A stretch of DNA of 63,252 nucleotides, filler included, from Hyphochytrium catenoides (Eukaryota; Protista; Hyphochytriomycota): the NCBI GenBank assembly GCA_900088475.1. It is 17 parts of 17 records of this genome, joined end to end, with 100 filler letters (N's around TTAATTAATTAA, not from the genome) between each part and the next. Parts side by side here need not be neighbours in the genome. Positions count along the whole stretch, not along the records: positions 22,931 to 27,810 come from FLMG01002608.1; positions 27,911 to 30,314 come from FLMG01002377.1; positions 30,415 to 31,715 come from FLMG01001259.1; positions 31,816 to 32,836 come from FLMG01001815.1; positions 32,937 to 36,534 come from FLMG01001296.1; positions 36,635 to 39,471 come from FLMG01004667.1; 11 more parts are not named here. One strand, written 5' to 3'. Position numbers and translations under genes: made by a program. Below the pieces are notes generated by a model. It was not told the DNA's origin. It saw nothing but the letters and a program-made list of their open reading frames with translations, and made no database searches. Positions 27,193 to 37,855 of the stretch are shown one piece after another. The first letter of the stretch is position 1. Every line of letters starts with the position of its first letter.

Positions 27193-27910
27193 TCTTCAAC
27201 CCAGGCGGTGCGGCGAGAAGATGTGCTGTTCTCTATTAAAACTCTAAAACGTGGTCTTCTCCCCTCACTCTCCATCCATCGTAACTTTCCTGGAACTTCA
27301 CAGCGCCGCTTGAGCGCCACCTGAAGCTGGCCAAATACCGGACGGAAAGAGAGAGGGAGAAAGAGAAGAAGAAGGGAGAGCAATCTCACAGAGCAGCCAA
27401 CCCTATATAGATCTGAAGACGACCAAGAAAATCCAATGATCTTCATCTTCACCTCTGAAAAGCTCTTCATAAAGATCTATAATTCACATTATGAAGAAAG
27501 GCTTAATTCTCAAATTGCCAAATATAGCCTTACTAGGGTAAATTGACAATCAGAAGGCATGACATGTTATCACCAATCCAAAGACATGTCAAATACATGG
27601 CGGAAGCCTCGCGACTTTGTCAATTATAGTCCCACAATTGGTGTGAATTACGTATGCCTGAATGGGTCTGTGTTAAAACAGTCAACCAAGAAAAGTAGGC
27701 TTGCTGAAAACAAAGTAGGGATATGTCAATTTATGTCGTCAAATATTAGTTATTTAGAGCATCTCCACCGGGGAGCAGTAAACAATAAAAACTGGGCGTT
27801 GAAGGGTCTANNNNNNNNNNNNNNNNNNNNNNNNNNNNNNNNNNNNNNNNNNNNTTAATTAATTAANNNNNNNNNNNNNNNNNNNNNNNNNNNNNNNNNN
27901 NNNNNNNNNN

Positions 27911-27966
27911 GGGTAGTTAAGCTTGCCAGCTTGTAGTCCACATAGCTATGCCCTCAGACTCCAACA
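27911..27966 (-). mobile_element. LTR-B fragment (5' end)
   Basis: Reverse complement matches the LTR-B start TGTTGGAG.CTGAGGGCA.AGCTATGTGGACTACAAG at 46956. Confidence 0.85.
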
Positions 27967-28305
27967 TCAACAACCATCTTCCAGCACGCCATAATAAACC
28001 CTGCCCTGTCTTTGCTCTCACCCGGAAGCCACTCGATGTACGTCCGGAGCAATCGGTGCTCCCTTCGACAACCATCTTCCAGCACGCCATAAACCCTGCC
28101 CTCTCTCCGCTCTCACCCGGAAGCCATGCCTTCGAGCAGATAACACTGTTTCAGAAAAAGGGAGCGGAAACGTACCCAAGAGAGAGAGAGAATGCAGCAG
28201 AGGAAATCTATGGTCTGAAGAATTAAGAAGGGGAGGGAACCGACTGAGGACGAAGCAGACGACAGAGAAACCAACGCCTACAACTCAGCGCCATTCCGAT
28301 CCGGC

Positions 28306-28948
28306 TGCGACCCAGCGGAAGGCTTCCCATGAGTTTGTGTGTCTGTGTGTGCGTGTCTGTGTTTGTGATCAAAAGTTCACTATTTGGATTTTCACTAACC
28401 ACTGTTTGGCCTTTTTCTTTGGGTTTGGGTCTTTGTTTGTGTACTTTGGAGATATAAAAGGGGTCAGAGCCGAAGCGAAAGGGCTTGTATGAACATAAAT
28501 CGAACTTGTAACGCGAGACGTATCACTATAAGCCGACACACATCGCGTCAATCCAGGCGAATTTTTTTAACCTCATTTTACCTGAGACGAATCATCTACT
28601 ATCCTGTATTCTAGCGGTAGGAGCTGATGGTGGAGGTGACATGGCACGCGACTCCTGCAGCAGTCGAGAGTTTAGGAAGTTTCGCTATTCACTCACTCAC
28701 TCACTCACTCACTCACTCACTACTCTGCTGTAGGAAGCGTGGGTGAACGAGTAGAGAGATATCCTTTAGAGAGTGCGCCTACCTTAGGGAATACTGATAG
28801 AACTACATGTAGGAAGAAATGAAGAGCTCATGGTGTTGTTGGTACTTGTACAACTAAATCAGTGATCCAAGCATCTTCCACTAATAATGCAAGGCTGGAT
28901 TACGCACTATTGACTTCGGACGAACCTGGCGAAGCCTAAAGCTATTGA
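28306..28948 (-). mobile_element. Non-autonomous repeat element C, copy 1
   Basis: Colinear with 37941-38666; ends ...gcctaaagctattga and is followed by LTR-B-like sequence. Confidence 0.8.
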
Positions 28949-28985
28949 TAAACTGTAAGATATTCAGTATAGAGATATCCCTGTC

Positions 28986-29100
28986 TGATGAACTTGACAG
29001 AGACTGGGTGGCAATGCCTGAAGCTTCTGTATGAGCACAACCCAGATGAAACGATAACAAAGGGACTGGTTATTGGTATATGATTGAGTTTTCTCTGAAT
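28986..29100 (-). mobile_element. LTR-A 3' portion inserted in an LTR-B remnant
   Basis: tgatgaactt.acagag.ctgggtggcaatgcctgaagcttctgtatgagcac is the reverse of the LTR-A end. Confidence 0.8.
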
Positions 29101-29139
29101 TTAGGGGTCGTAGATTGGGGCATCTAAACGTTCCAGATA

Positions 29140-29680
29140 TACGGAAGCTTGCGACGCTTTCTTCAGGCTGAGATCACCAACGATACAACGTCATTCTGTT
29201 CGGGTTGTGTCTTAGGAAACTGACCCGACGTAAGTTTCCTAAACATGTACTTCGCAAAAAAACAACGCCCTCTTCAACTAGTCCACACGGATGTTGGCCT
29301 CGTCAATACGCTCAGCCTTGGCGGTCATCGTTACCATGTCGTTTTCGTTTACGACTATACTCGTCGACTTTTTCTCTACCTCGTGAAGAGTAAGAGTGAG
29401 GTCATCACCCATATTGATACCTTCATCAAGATGGCTTGAACGCCAAACAGGACTTGAAGTTCAACTTATTCGGAGCGACCGAGGTTGCGAATACTGCTCC
29501 GACGCTATGAAAGAGTATTGCAAGACACGTGGCATCCTGCATTGCATGAACTTACAGCTCCATACAGTCCAGCGCAAAACGGAGTTGCCGAGCGACGCCA
29601 GAGGACTCTTGTGGAGTCTGCCAGGTGCATGCTACAGTGCTGCCAGGTTACCTCCATCCTTTTGGAGTGAAGCATGGCAT
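29140..29680 (+). pseudogene. Degenerate Ty1/copia integrase
   Basis: LQLVHTDVG, IRSDRGCEY, TAPYSPAQNGVAERRQRTLVESARCML, with frameshifts. Confidence 0.88.
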
Positions 29681-30314
29681 ACTCTTTCCCCTAAGAGTCA
29701 AACCTAGGTCCACTGTGCCCTTCAAGTACCTGAAGATCCGCTTTACAGCCTCCCAGTGCACGACTCTTGGCGTTGACGTGTGCTGGCTTACGGACTGTAC
29801 CGCATAACCAATGTCGGGCCGGGTGGTGACCATAAGGTACATAAGACACCCTACGGCCTCCCGGTATTGTATCTGGCTCAAAAGCTCTCGAGTTTCCGGG
29901 GCAACTGGAATGTCTCGTCCCTTTGGCAGGTATGACTTCAGGGTCACTGGCAACGGACTTGGATGGCAGTCAGCCATGTTGAACCTCTCTAGAATACTAC
30001 TGCTGTACTTTGGCCGCGACAGTGTTTATGGTCCTTGCTGTCCTGTCACGATGTACCTTGATCCCGAGGAAATAGTTGAGTTCCCGAGATCCGTGACCTC
30101 GAACCTATCCGATTTTCTTCATGCCATTAACAAGATCTGTCGCCTCTCCTATCAAAAGTAAGTCGTCCACAGACAGAGTGATGATCTTTGGCAGCTTGGA
30201 GCCAGTCTCAGTGCGGTATCGGATATACACATAAGGTTCTTCACATATGATAGGGTGGAATCCGTGCTTCTGTTGAGAGCAGAAGCTGACAAGAGCTCTA
30301 AAAGGCTCACAGTT
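29681..30314 (-). pseudogene. Degenerate Ty1/copia reverse transcriptase, C-terminal part
   Basis: QYREAVGCLMYLMVTTRPDIGYAVQSVSQH...HWEAVKRIFRYLKGT. Confidence 0.9.
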
Positions 30315-30564
30315 NNNNNNNNNNNNNNNNNNNNNNNNNNNNNNNNNNNNNNNNNNNNTTAATTAATTAANNNNNNNNNNNNNNNNNNNNNNNNNNNNNN
30401 NNNNNNNNNNNNNNGACCGCGAAAGACAGACTAGGCGAAAGGTTAGCTGCGCCACATCCTAGTGCGTCTTGCTTCCTTCCTTGACTGCTTCCTCTCTTTC
30501 TCTTCTCTCTGCCCTACACCTCTCTCTCTCTCTCTCTCTTTCTCTCTTGCCCTCGTCCCCTTAC

Positions 30565-31099
30565 CTTGGCAAACTTGAGTGTGGCAAGAGTGTGGTCAAT
30601 GTCAGAGGCGATAGGCGTGACAGTGGCGATGACAGTGACGAAGGTTCTCTCTCCTCCAAAAGAGTCTTTCAATAGAGTTGTCAGCTTGCTGTTCCGGTAG
30701 GGGAGGAACGTCGTAGAGGAAGCGACACCAGGAGAGAGAGAGAGAGCCAGAGCCCGCATGCACTCCTTCAAGGCCTAAAAAGAGACGTGAGAGAGTTCAA
30801 AGAGAGAGAGAGAATGAGTGAGAGAGTGCGAGAAAAGGCGGTAAAACAGAACTGGACATCGTCAAAGAAAAAATAGTGATCAAGACGAATGGAGAAAGAG
30901 GTATAGAAGAAAGAGAACAGGAGGAGGGAGAAACAAGGAGAGAAAAAAAAAGTGAGGGAGAGAGAGAGAGAGAGAGCAAGAGAGAGAGGTACCATAAGTG
31001 AGGAGTTAATGAGCGCTCCTTCCTTCCTCCTCTCTGGCTGGTGGTTGAAGCTGTCAGCGTTCCACTCGCTGCCCGCCAAGTCTACCAGCGTCAGTTGTC
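30565..31099 (-). CDS. Kinesin motor domain fragment (kinesin-13-like)
   Basis: Two exons: QLTLVDLAGSEW...EGALINSSLM|ALKECMRAL...LPYRNSKLTTLLKDSF...VIATVTP...HTLATLKFA. Confidence 0.9.
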
Positions 31100-31319
31100 C
31101 TACAAGAGCTGCAAGACATACTTAATATTAGGGACACATAGGGGCTAATCCTTTCCTTTGCCTGTGCTTTTTCTCTCTTGCTCTCTCTCTCTCTCTCTTC
31201 TCTCTGGAGGAACCCAACCTTCCCCTTGTCCGGAGGCACTCTAGGAAATGTTATCCTTCGGTTACAAAGTCTGTCCAGCTTGTTATCTCTCTGTCTCCCT
31301 CCCTCTTTCTTCTACTTTC

Positions 31320-31371
<52 letters not shown>

Positions 31372-31870
31372 CCTCCGTTTACCCCCATTAGTCTTACCCC
31401 TTCTTCTGACCCTGAGGCATGCTACGAGAATTTGTCTCTCAGCACTCTTATACCCTCTCGGCTCGGCCCAACTTATTGCCTCTTCAGGACTCCCTCTCTC
31501 TCTCTGTCTCTCTCTCTCTCTCACTCGCGTACACTCTCTCTGTCTCTATGTCTTTCTCTCTTTCCAAATCCATCCTCCTCTCTCTCTCAATGCCATTTCT
31601 CCCTTGATGCGTTCTCTTACCTCCCTCTTCCCTGACCACAATCCTCGCAATGGCGTGAGAGCGAGAAGAAGCATCATTGACTTCTGTCTCTTCCGTCTTT
31701 CTCTCTTTCTTTCCTNNNNNNNNNNNNNNNNNNNNNNNNNNNNNNNNNNNNNNNNNNNNTTAATTAATTAANNNNNNNNNNNNNNNNNNNNNNNNNNNNN
31801 NNNNNNNNNNNNNNNCACGACCACGAGTGATAGGACCGAGTGGAGAAGTGATTGTGGTCGAAGATGAGGG

Positions 31871-32023
31871 AGGACGTCTTTGACGCCGACACCCTAACCA
31901 GTAGGCACCATACACCAAACGTACTCTTGACTAATCTCCGTGTTTGTTTATATACCAGGGGTTCTTCCCCTCTGCGTCGTCCGCTGTACACTTTTTGGTT
32001 TCAACGTCGATCACAGTTCAACA
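31871..32023 (-). mobile_element. LTR-D fragment with 5' part of the tRNA-like module
   Basis: Minus strand begins TGTTGAACTGTGAT and is colinear with 36774-37017; it abuts the copia RNase H DADW codons. Confidence 0.8.
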
Positions 32024-32788
32024 GATGCAGATTGGGCTAGTGACCCAGTCGACCGCAAGTCTATCACAGGCTATTTATTGAGCCTTAACGCCGGTGCTTT
32101 TGCGTGGAAGTCAAAGAAACAATCTCTCCGAGCGTCGTCGACAACTGAAGCGGAGTGCGTCTCTCTTTGGTCCGCAGGCCAGGTCGCACAGCACTTCAGT
32201 GTCTTCCTGGGCGAGCTTGGGGTCTCAAACCAGCTGCCCATTTTTCCTATTAAGCCAGAACAACAAGAGCGCGATTGTCCTCTGCTCCTCTTCGCGACCA
32301 AAGTCAAATACTTTGGATGTGAAGCACTGTTTTCTGCAAGAGAAGGTCGCCAATGGGAGAATTAAGCTGGTCTATACTCCCTCTGCAGCTGTGGTAGCCA
32401 ATTGCCTCACCACGCCTTTAACCGTTTCTCGCTTTCTTCGGACACTGCTTCCTCATCTTGGAGTGCTCCCTCCTAGTATCAGTACTCTTGTCACTACTAC
32501 CCACCTAGCTTCGTCTGGGGGGGAGAGAGTGAGGGAGACCGACAATTGGGAAGTTCACTCGACCGTCACCAATGATCATCCAGAGAAGCTAGGTATGCGC
32601 GGGAGTGTTGAGTGCTACTATGTTCGTTGTCAGTAGTACAAAATAGTCATTCTCTATACACACCTAGCTCTCAGGGACATAGACGTTACGGGTACACCTG
32701 TGTTATGGAAAAGAGAGGTGTGAGAAGAATTCCATGAACTCTTCTTTGTGAACGCCGTAACAGCACAGGAGAGAGATGAGGAGAGAAG
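32024..32788 (+). mobile_element. Copia RNase H, PPT and 3' LTR-A
   Basis: DADWASDPVDRKSITGY...AWKSKKQ...SSTTEAE; PPT-like gcgcgggag directly before TGTTGAGTGC at 32606. Confidence 0.9.
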
Positions 32789-32836
32789 TGTTGAACTGTG
32801 ATCGACGCTGAAACCAAAAAGTGTACAGCGGACGAC
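32789..32836 (+). mobile_element. LTR-D 5' end inserted into LTR-A
   Basis: TGTTGAACTGTGATCGACGCTGAAACCAAAAAGTGTACAG interrupts LTR-A and runs into the gap. Confidence 0.8.
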
Positions 32837-34794
32837 NNNNNNNNNNNNNNNNNNNNNNNNNNNNNNNNNNNNNNNNNNNNTTAATTAATTAANNNNNNNN
32901 NNNNNNNNNNNNNNNNNNNNNNNNNNNNNNNNNNNNGTCGGGGTAAGTTACTTCACACTATAGCTTAGTCCGACAGAACATGTCTGACCAGTGCGTGACC
33001 GAGCTCTCTCTCCCTTTCCGCGCAGGCTCCCTTTGACTTTCCTCCTCCAGTGAGATCTGGGCCCTTTGTGACTGCTCTCCTGTCATCGGCTGCCTTCCAT
33101 CCTCTCACAATTAGTTCACTCTCTATGTGGCTCTTCCCGATTACCGCTTCCCGGTAAGAGTTCTCCGTGTCGTCTACATTGCAAATTGAACCAAAACCCA
33201 GCTGACCCATAGCTCTGTGCTCAGCCCTATAAGCTCCTGCTCCCAGTTGCTTGGACATTTCTTGTTAGTGCAGGACACTCGGAATCCTCTCCATGCTCGA
33301 GCTTAAGGCTACGCGTGAATCCTAGCGTCTGGTACGAAGTGTAGTAGCCTATTAATCTATAAAGTATAAAGTAGTTCTGCGCTGGTGACCAAGAGTAGCC
33401 GATATGCTCGCTTCCTGCGTAAATATCGATGTGGTAGGGTGAAGAGGCCATTAGACAAGAGCATGGCAAGAGATAGCTTAATAGAATTGAACCCTTAGCT
33501 TAAGTTGCAATTTTTGCCTCGAAACGACCAGGCAGGAATAAGGGCGTCCCAATGTGAAAAGATAGATTGGCTTATCATTACTTCTACCCTCTAAGAGAAA
33601 AAATTCCTTAGATAGAAGCGAAGTCTATAGTTCAGCTCTTTCTTCGATACACTTTATTATGGCCGGCGGCTGCCTTAAGTAGGTGTCACGAGTAGCCTCT
33701 AGCATGGCGAAGAACAGCTCTGTGTCTGGTGAGACTATTTGACGAATACGTTGGGCATTTCATTACCCGCTCAGCCTGGTCTTCTTTTTCCTGCAAGATG
33801 AGAAACCCTTTCTTCGCTGGGACCCTGTCAAAGTGGACGTAGATGCATCTTATTTAAATTCAATCCGCATGTAAAGTACATAAGGAGGACGCCAGTCCCT
33901 TCTTCTCCCACGCAAGAGTAATAAGCGCCTTGTACTTGACACGTGCTGCACCGGTTTTGAAAGCCCAGCTTGGGAGCGATATCTCACGTGGAAGATAGAG
34001 TTTGACTTTCCTTGCCGTGGCGTCTGTCTGCCGTCCCTACTGAGGTGACTCATCATCTGTATATATAAAGTGAGGAGGGAAAGGAGTAGATGCATCTGAA
34101 CCATTCAGAAACCGGAACGGTATTATACCGATTATGTATGGAATGATGGGCTATATCCAGAACAGTCCGTCAGGAGTGATGGGAGTTACAAACTTTTGAT
34201 GATGAGGAACGGAGCGACTTAGGCTCCGTGCTGTATATACAGCAGGGGCAGAGAGCGGCGGAGGAGGGACCCCAAGCTGCCTGCAGAGGAAGACAGAGCA
34301 AGACGCAACAGGCCTTTAGGAGAGGTAAAGCACCGGCAGTATGAGAGAGTTAAGGGAAGGAGGAGAACAAAGAAAGAGCGAGGGCCTAAGTCTTCTGACA
34401 ACACGCCTACCAGAGACAGAAGGACAACTATATCACGCCCCCTGTCCAGCGAGCGTAAGAATTCAAGGGCGAACTGACCAGACAGCAGCGGACGTCTCAC
34501 CCGTCTCTTTCTCAATGTCTCCTCTCAGCGCAACCCCATCCTCTTCCTGCACCTACACTTTTTCTCGACGCCAACGCTTTGGAGCTTCTTACATCGCCTA
34601 GGTTTCTCTCTGTAGACTAGGGTTTCTCCGATATCGGTGGCCATCATTCTAACAAAGCAATAAAGCTGTAACAGCGCAAGGAGTCAAAAAAGAGATCACG
34701 GGACGGATGCAGCACGAATAGCACGGTCACAGGCAGCTCTACACAATCTTCATCGAGGCGACAGTTTAAAGGCTGAGGTGGCGTTGTGGTGTCG

Positions 34795-36534
34795 ATGATG
34801 GAAGACAGGCGGCAAGATGGAGGGTTTCGCCGGCGCTCAACCTCATCCTCCTTCACCTCTATACCTAGCCACCTTTCCTCCTTCACTTCCCGCCCTACAC
34901 AGGGTAACTACGTCACCAGTAGTGTCGATGTCTCAGCGCGAGATAGCGAAGCCAGGTTGAGCAGTCGTTACCTGTCTGACGCTGAGTTCGGTGACGAGAT
35001 GGATCAGGTCTTGAAAGAAGAGGCAACAACAGGTGTACGAAAGTCAGGCAGCTCCGACCGATCCTCCTTTGCTATTGACGGTCCAGAGCCTCCCGAACGG
35101 CATATCGTCTACATTTCTGGCCTGGCGGACTTCCTTTGTCTACTAGTTCCTGGTACTTTGTTCGTCTCTTTTATAGGTATCTTTGGCCTCGACATGATAG
35201 CAGCTGCGCATCTGACGGTGCTGCTCTCGGGCACATACTTCATCTTCACCGCGGTCGCGTACTTTTTGACGTACAAGGAGACTGCAAAGCCTCTCGTCGC
35301 TTCCACCGCTGTCCTACTGCTAACAAGCTTGTGCTGCTGTTTCGCAGCTATGCCAGACGAGGGCAGTCTCCGCCTCTTCACCTTTGCGGCGGCAGGAGTT
35401 GTTATGGGCCTAGCAGGACTTTGTTCCGCACTCCAGACGATCGTCTTAGGAGACGTTTCGGTGCCTGTTGTCCCGGACAATGTCTTGTCCTTTGGCAGTA
35501 TTGGCCAGCTTCTGGGTTTTATGCTAAACAGTTATGGTAGGCGGAGCTTTAGAGCCCTAGTCCCACCCCTTCTCAAGGCTGCAGCTATTCTGATAGTTGC
35601 CGCACCAGCGCTATACTTTGTCGCTCCAGGCTACAAGGAGGCCAACCAAAAGCGAGTATTGTTCTATTTCTGGATCTTCATCGCCGTGTTGGCCTTTCTT
35701 GAGTTTATCCTAGCTGCCATTTGGAGAAGGCGACGGGCAGTGGCAGACGAGATACTCTCATTATCGGGAAAGCAAACGAAGACCATGCAGAAGGCGGCAC
35801 TGGAAACGGCTTTCCTTCCACAAGGCATGGATTCTTTTGGGGTCAAAGCTGGCGGTTGTCTTTGGCTCTGTGGGATAATTCTCACGGCCTGTGGCAGCAG
35901 CCTGTCGCCCTCCATGGAAGGATCAGGGGCAATCTCTTTCACTGGAGGAGTCGTGATTCTGGTATCCATAGGTNNNNNNNNNNNNNNNNNNNNNNNNNNN
36001 NNNNNNNNNNNNNNNNNNNNNNGAAGGCTCTTGCGGTAGTGTACTCCATTGTGCTTTTGGGCGCAAGCCACGTACAAATCTATGGGGCAATGCTATCTCA
36101 AGGCTGCTTGCTGAAGAGCTCAGGGGCCTTCTTCCGCACCTCAGTTCTTCATATTTTCCTCCTAGCTTTGGGCATAGCGCTGACATTGAGCTGCTGCTTA
36201 TCCAAGAAGGAGAGGTCTTCACCCTATTCTTCGTTTAGCCGCCTATGGGTCGGAGTGCTGCTCAGCTGCACGTCGACGCTCCTGAGTCTGATGGTATCAC
36301 TCCTGGGAAATAGTCTCGACGAGGCTGAGGACGCATCACAATGTGATGGGCGGTCTACAGAGTCACAACTGACTATTTATATTCAAGTTCTGCCTTACAT
36401 GCTATCCATTTTCAGCCAACACCTCAGCTCTCCCGCCAGCCTTGAGATGTTGCAAACTACCTTCCCGTCATTGGATGTTAAGAACTTCTTCGGCTTCGCC
36501 TACGCTCTCCTACAGGGAAGTGGGGCTTTCCTGT
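34795..36534 (+). CDS. Divergent POT/PTR2 (NPF/SLC15-like) MFS transporter, apparently intronless, 3' truncated
   Basis: More than 10 hydrophobic segments. The C-terminal LTIYIQVLPYMLSIFSQHLSSPASLEMLQTTFPS...FAYALLQGSG resembles the POT WQ.PQY...LEF.Y..AP motif. The frame change lies in the N gap at 35974-36022. Confidence 0.65.
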
Positions 36535-36634
36535 NNNNNNNNNNNNNNNNNNNNNNNNNNNNNNNNNNNNNNNNNNNNTTAATTAATTAANNNNNNNNNN
36601 NNNNNNNNNNNNNNNNNNNNNNNNNNNNNNNNNN

Positions 36635-36691
36635 AAGTCGAGCACTCTCATCTAATGACATTGTCCAATCATCCCATCATATAATCCAACA
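36635..36691 (+). mobile_element. LTR-B 3' end inserted into element C
   Basis: gcactctca.ctaatgacattgtccaatcatccca...ataatccaaca matches 47232-47279. Confidence 0.85.
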
Positions 36692-36773
36692 TCTTCCACT
36701 AATAATGTAGCCGAAGGCTGGATTACGCACTATTAACGTCGGGCGAGCCCTAGGCGAAGCCTAAAGCTATTGA
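36692..36773 (-). mobile_element. Element C terminal fragment, copy 3
   Basis: tcttccactaataatg...gcgaagcctaaagctattga matches the ends of copies 1 and 2. Confidence 0.8.
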
Positions 36774-37017
36774 TATCATTGGATGGTGAGCACTTTAAAT
36801 TAGTATTGGGGGGTGTCTGGATATACCGGAGAAAAGTTTTGTACGCTCCTGGATTTGAACCCAGGACCTCTGTCTTTGATGCCGACACCCTACCAGTATG
36901 CACCATACACCAAACGTACACTTGACTAATCTCCGTTTCTGTTTATATACCAGGGATTTTCCCCTCTGCGTCGTCCCCTGTACACTTTTTGGTTTCAGCG
37001 TCAATCACAGTTCAACA
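36774..37017 (-). mobile_element. LTR-D, longest copy
   Basis: Starts TGTTGAAC on the minus strand; contains TATATAAA (36942-36949) and the tRNA-like module. The 3' end is cut by element C. Confidence 0.75.
36841..36919 (-). ncRNA. tRNA-like (Pol III-type) module inside LTR-D
   Basis: 7-bp acceptor stem GTACGTT/AGCGTAC, A-box-like TGGTGTATGG, anticodon-like arm TGTCG-GCATCAA-AGACA, T arm CCTGG-GTTCAAAT-CCAGG with B box GGTTCAAATCC, TTTT a few nt downstream. Confidence 0.7.
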
Positions 37018-37489
37018 AAGAGTGCCATCGCTGTCTGCGTAAGGAGTACTGGAATTTACTGCTGACGTTCGGACTCTGCACTGGAAGTCTCTCGCGCACT
37101 CTCTGCACTAGAAAGACCGTGCTGGTCTTCTGCGTTAGACTCTGCAGATGGAAATTCTGATGGCGCTCTGAACTTCTCACTGGACACAAGGACCGAAGCT
37201 CTTGAAAGCCTTTCTTCCTTCGTGTCTCTTCTGAGGTCTTTCTCTCTCACTCCCTTCTACTTCTATCTTCTTTGCATGTGTTGCACTTTCATCGTAGAAC
37301 TTGGACATAGGAAGTAGGTCAATAGTTCAGTAGTAATTTAGCGACTTACGTACTTTAGCTAGGTAGCTCTAGAAGAACCACGAGACAAGAGCTCGATGAG
37401 CAGTTGGTCACTTTGATCAACTAATTCATTCATCAATCTCCTACGAAGAGCACAAGTCCGACACTACCTCTCAACGAGCACTCAGCTAA

Positions 37490-37855
37490 AGTCTGCTCCT
37501 CTCCTCGACCAAAGTAAAAGAGACTGGGTGTCAAGCACTGTGTCCTGCAAGAGATGGTAGCCCGTGGGAAAATTAAGCTGGTTTATAATACCCCCCCCTC
37601 TGCAGCCATGGTCGTAGATTGTCTCACGAAGCCCTTAGCGACTCATCTCTTTCGCACGCTGCGGCCTCATCTTGGGATCTGTCCTTCTGATACTACGGAT
37701 ACCCTTATTTCTACTACTACCCACCTCGCTTCGTTTGCGGGGGAGAGTGTGAGTGAGACGGACAGTATGAGGACCGCCACCACTACTGACAAAACAGAGA
37801 AGCTAGGTATGCAGGGGAGTGTTGAGTGATACAATGTTCGTTGTCAGTAATCACT
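37490..37855 (+). mobile_element. Copia RNase H end, PPT and LTR-A stub
   Basis: VKHCVLQEMVARGKIKLVY...MVVDCLTKPL; gcaggggag then TGTTGAGTG at 37820. Confidence 0.85.

Noticed and set aside
27968-28127. Local direct duplication of about 60 nt (similar case at 16886-17026)
   Set aside because: Ordinary tandem duplication with no further structure.
35974-36022. Programmed frameshift in the transporter
   Set aside because: The frame change falls in an N gap of estimated length.
36841-36919. Functional tRNA-Asp gene
   Set aside because: About 7 extra nt before the D arm, no U33, a mismatched anticodon stem, and it sits in a repeat. Kept as tRNA-like.
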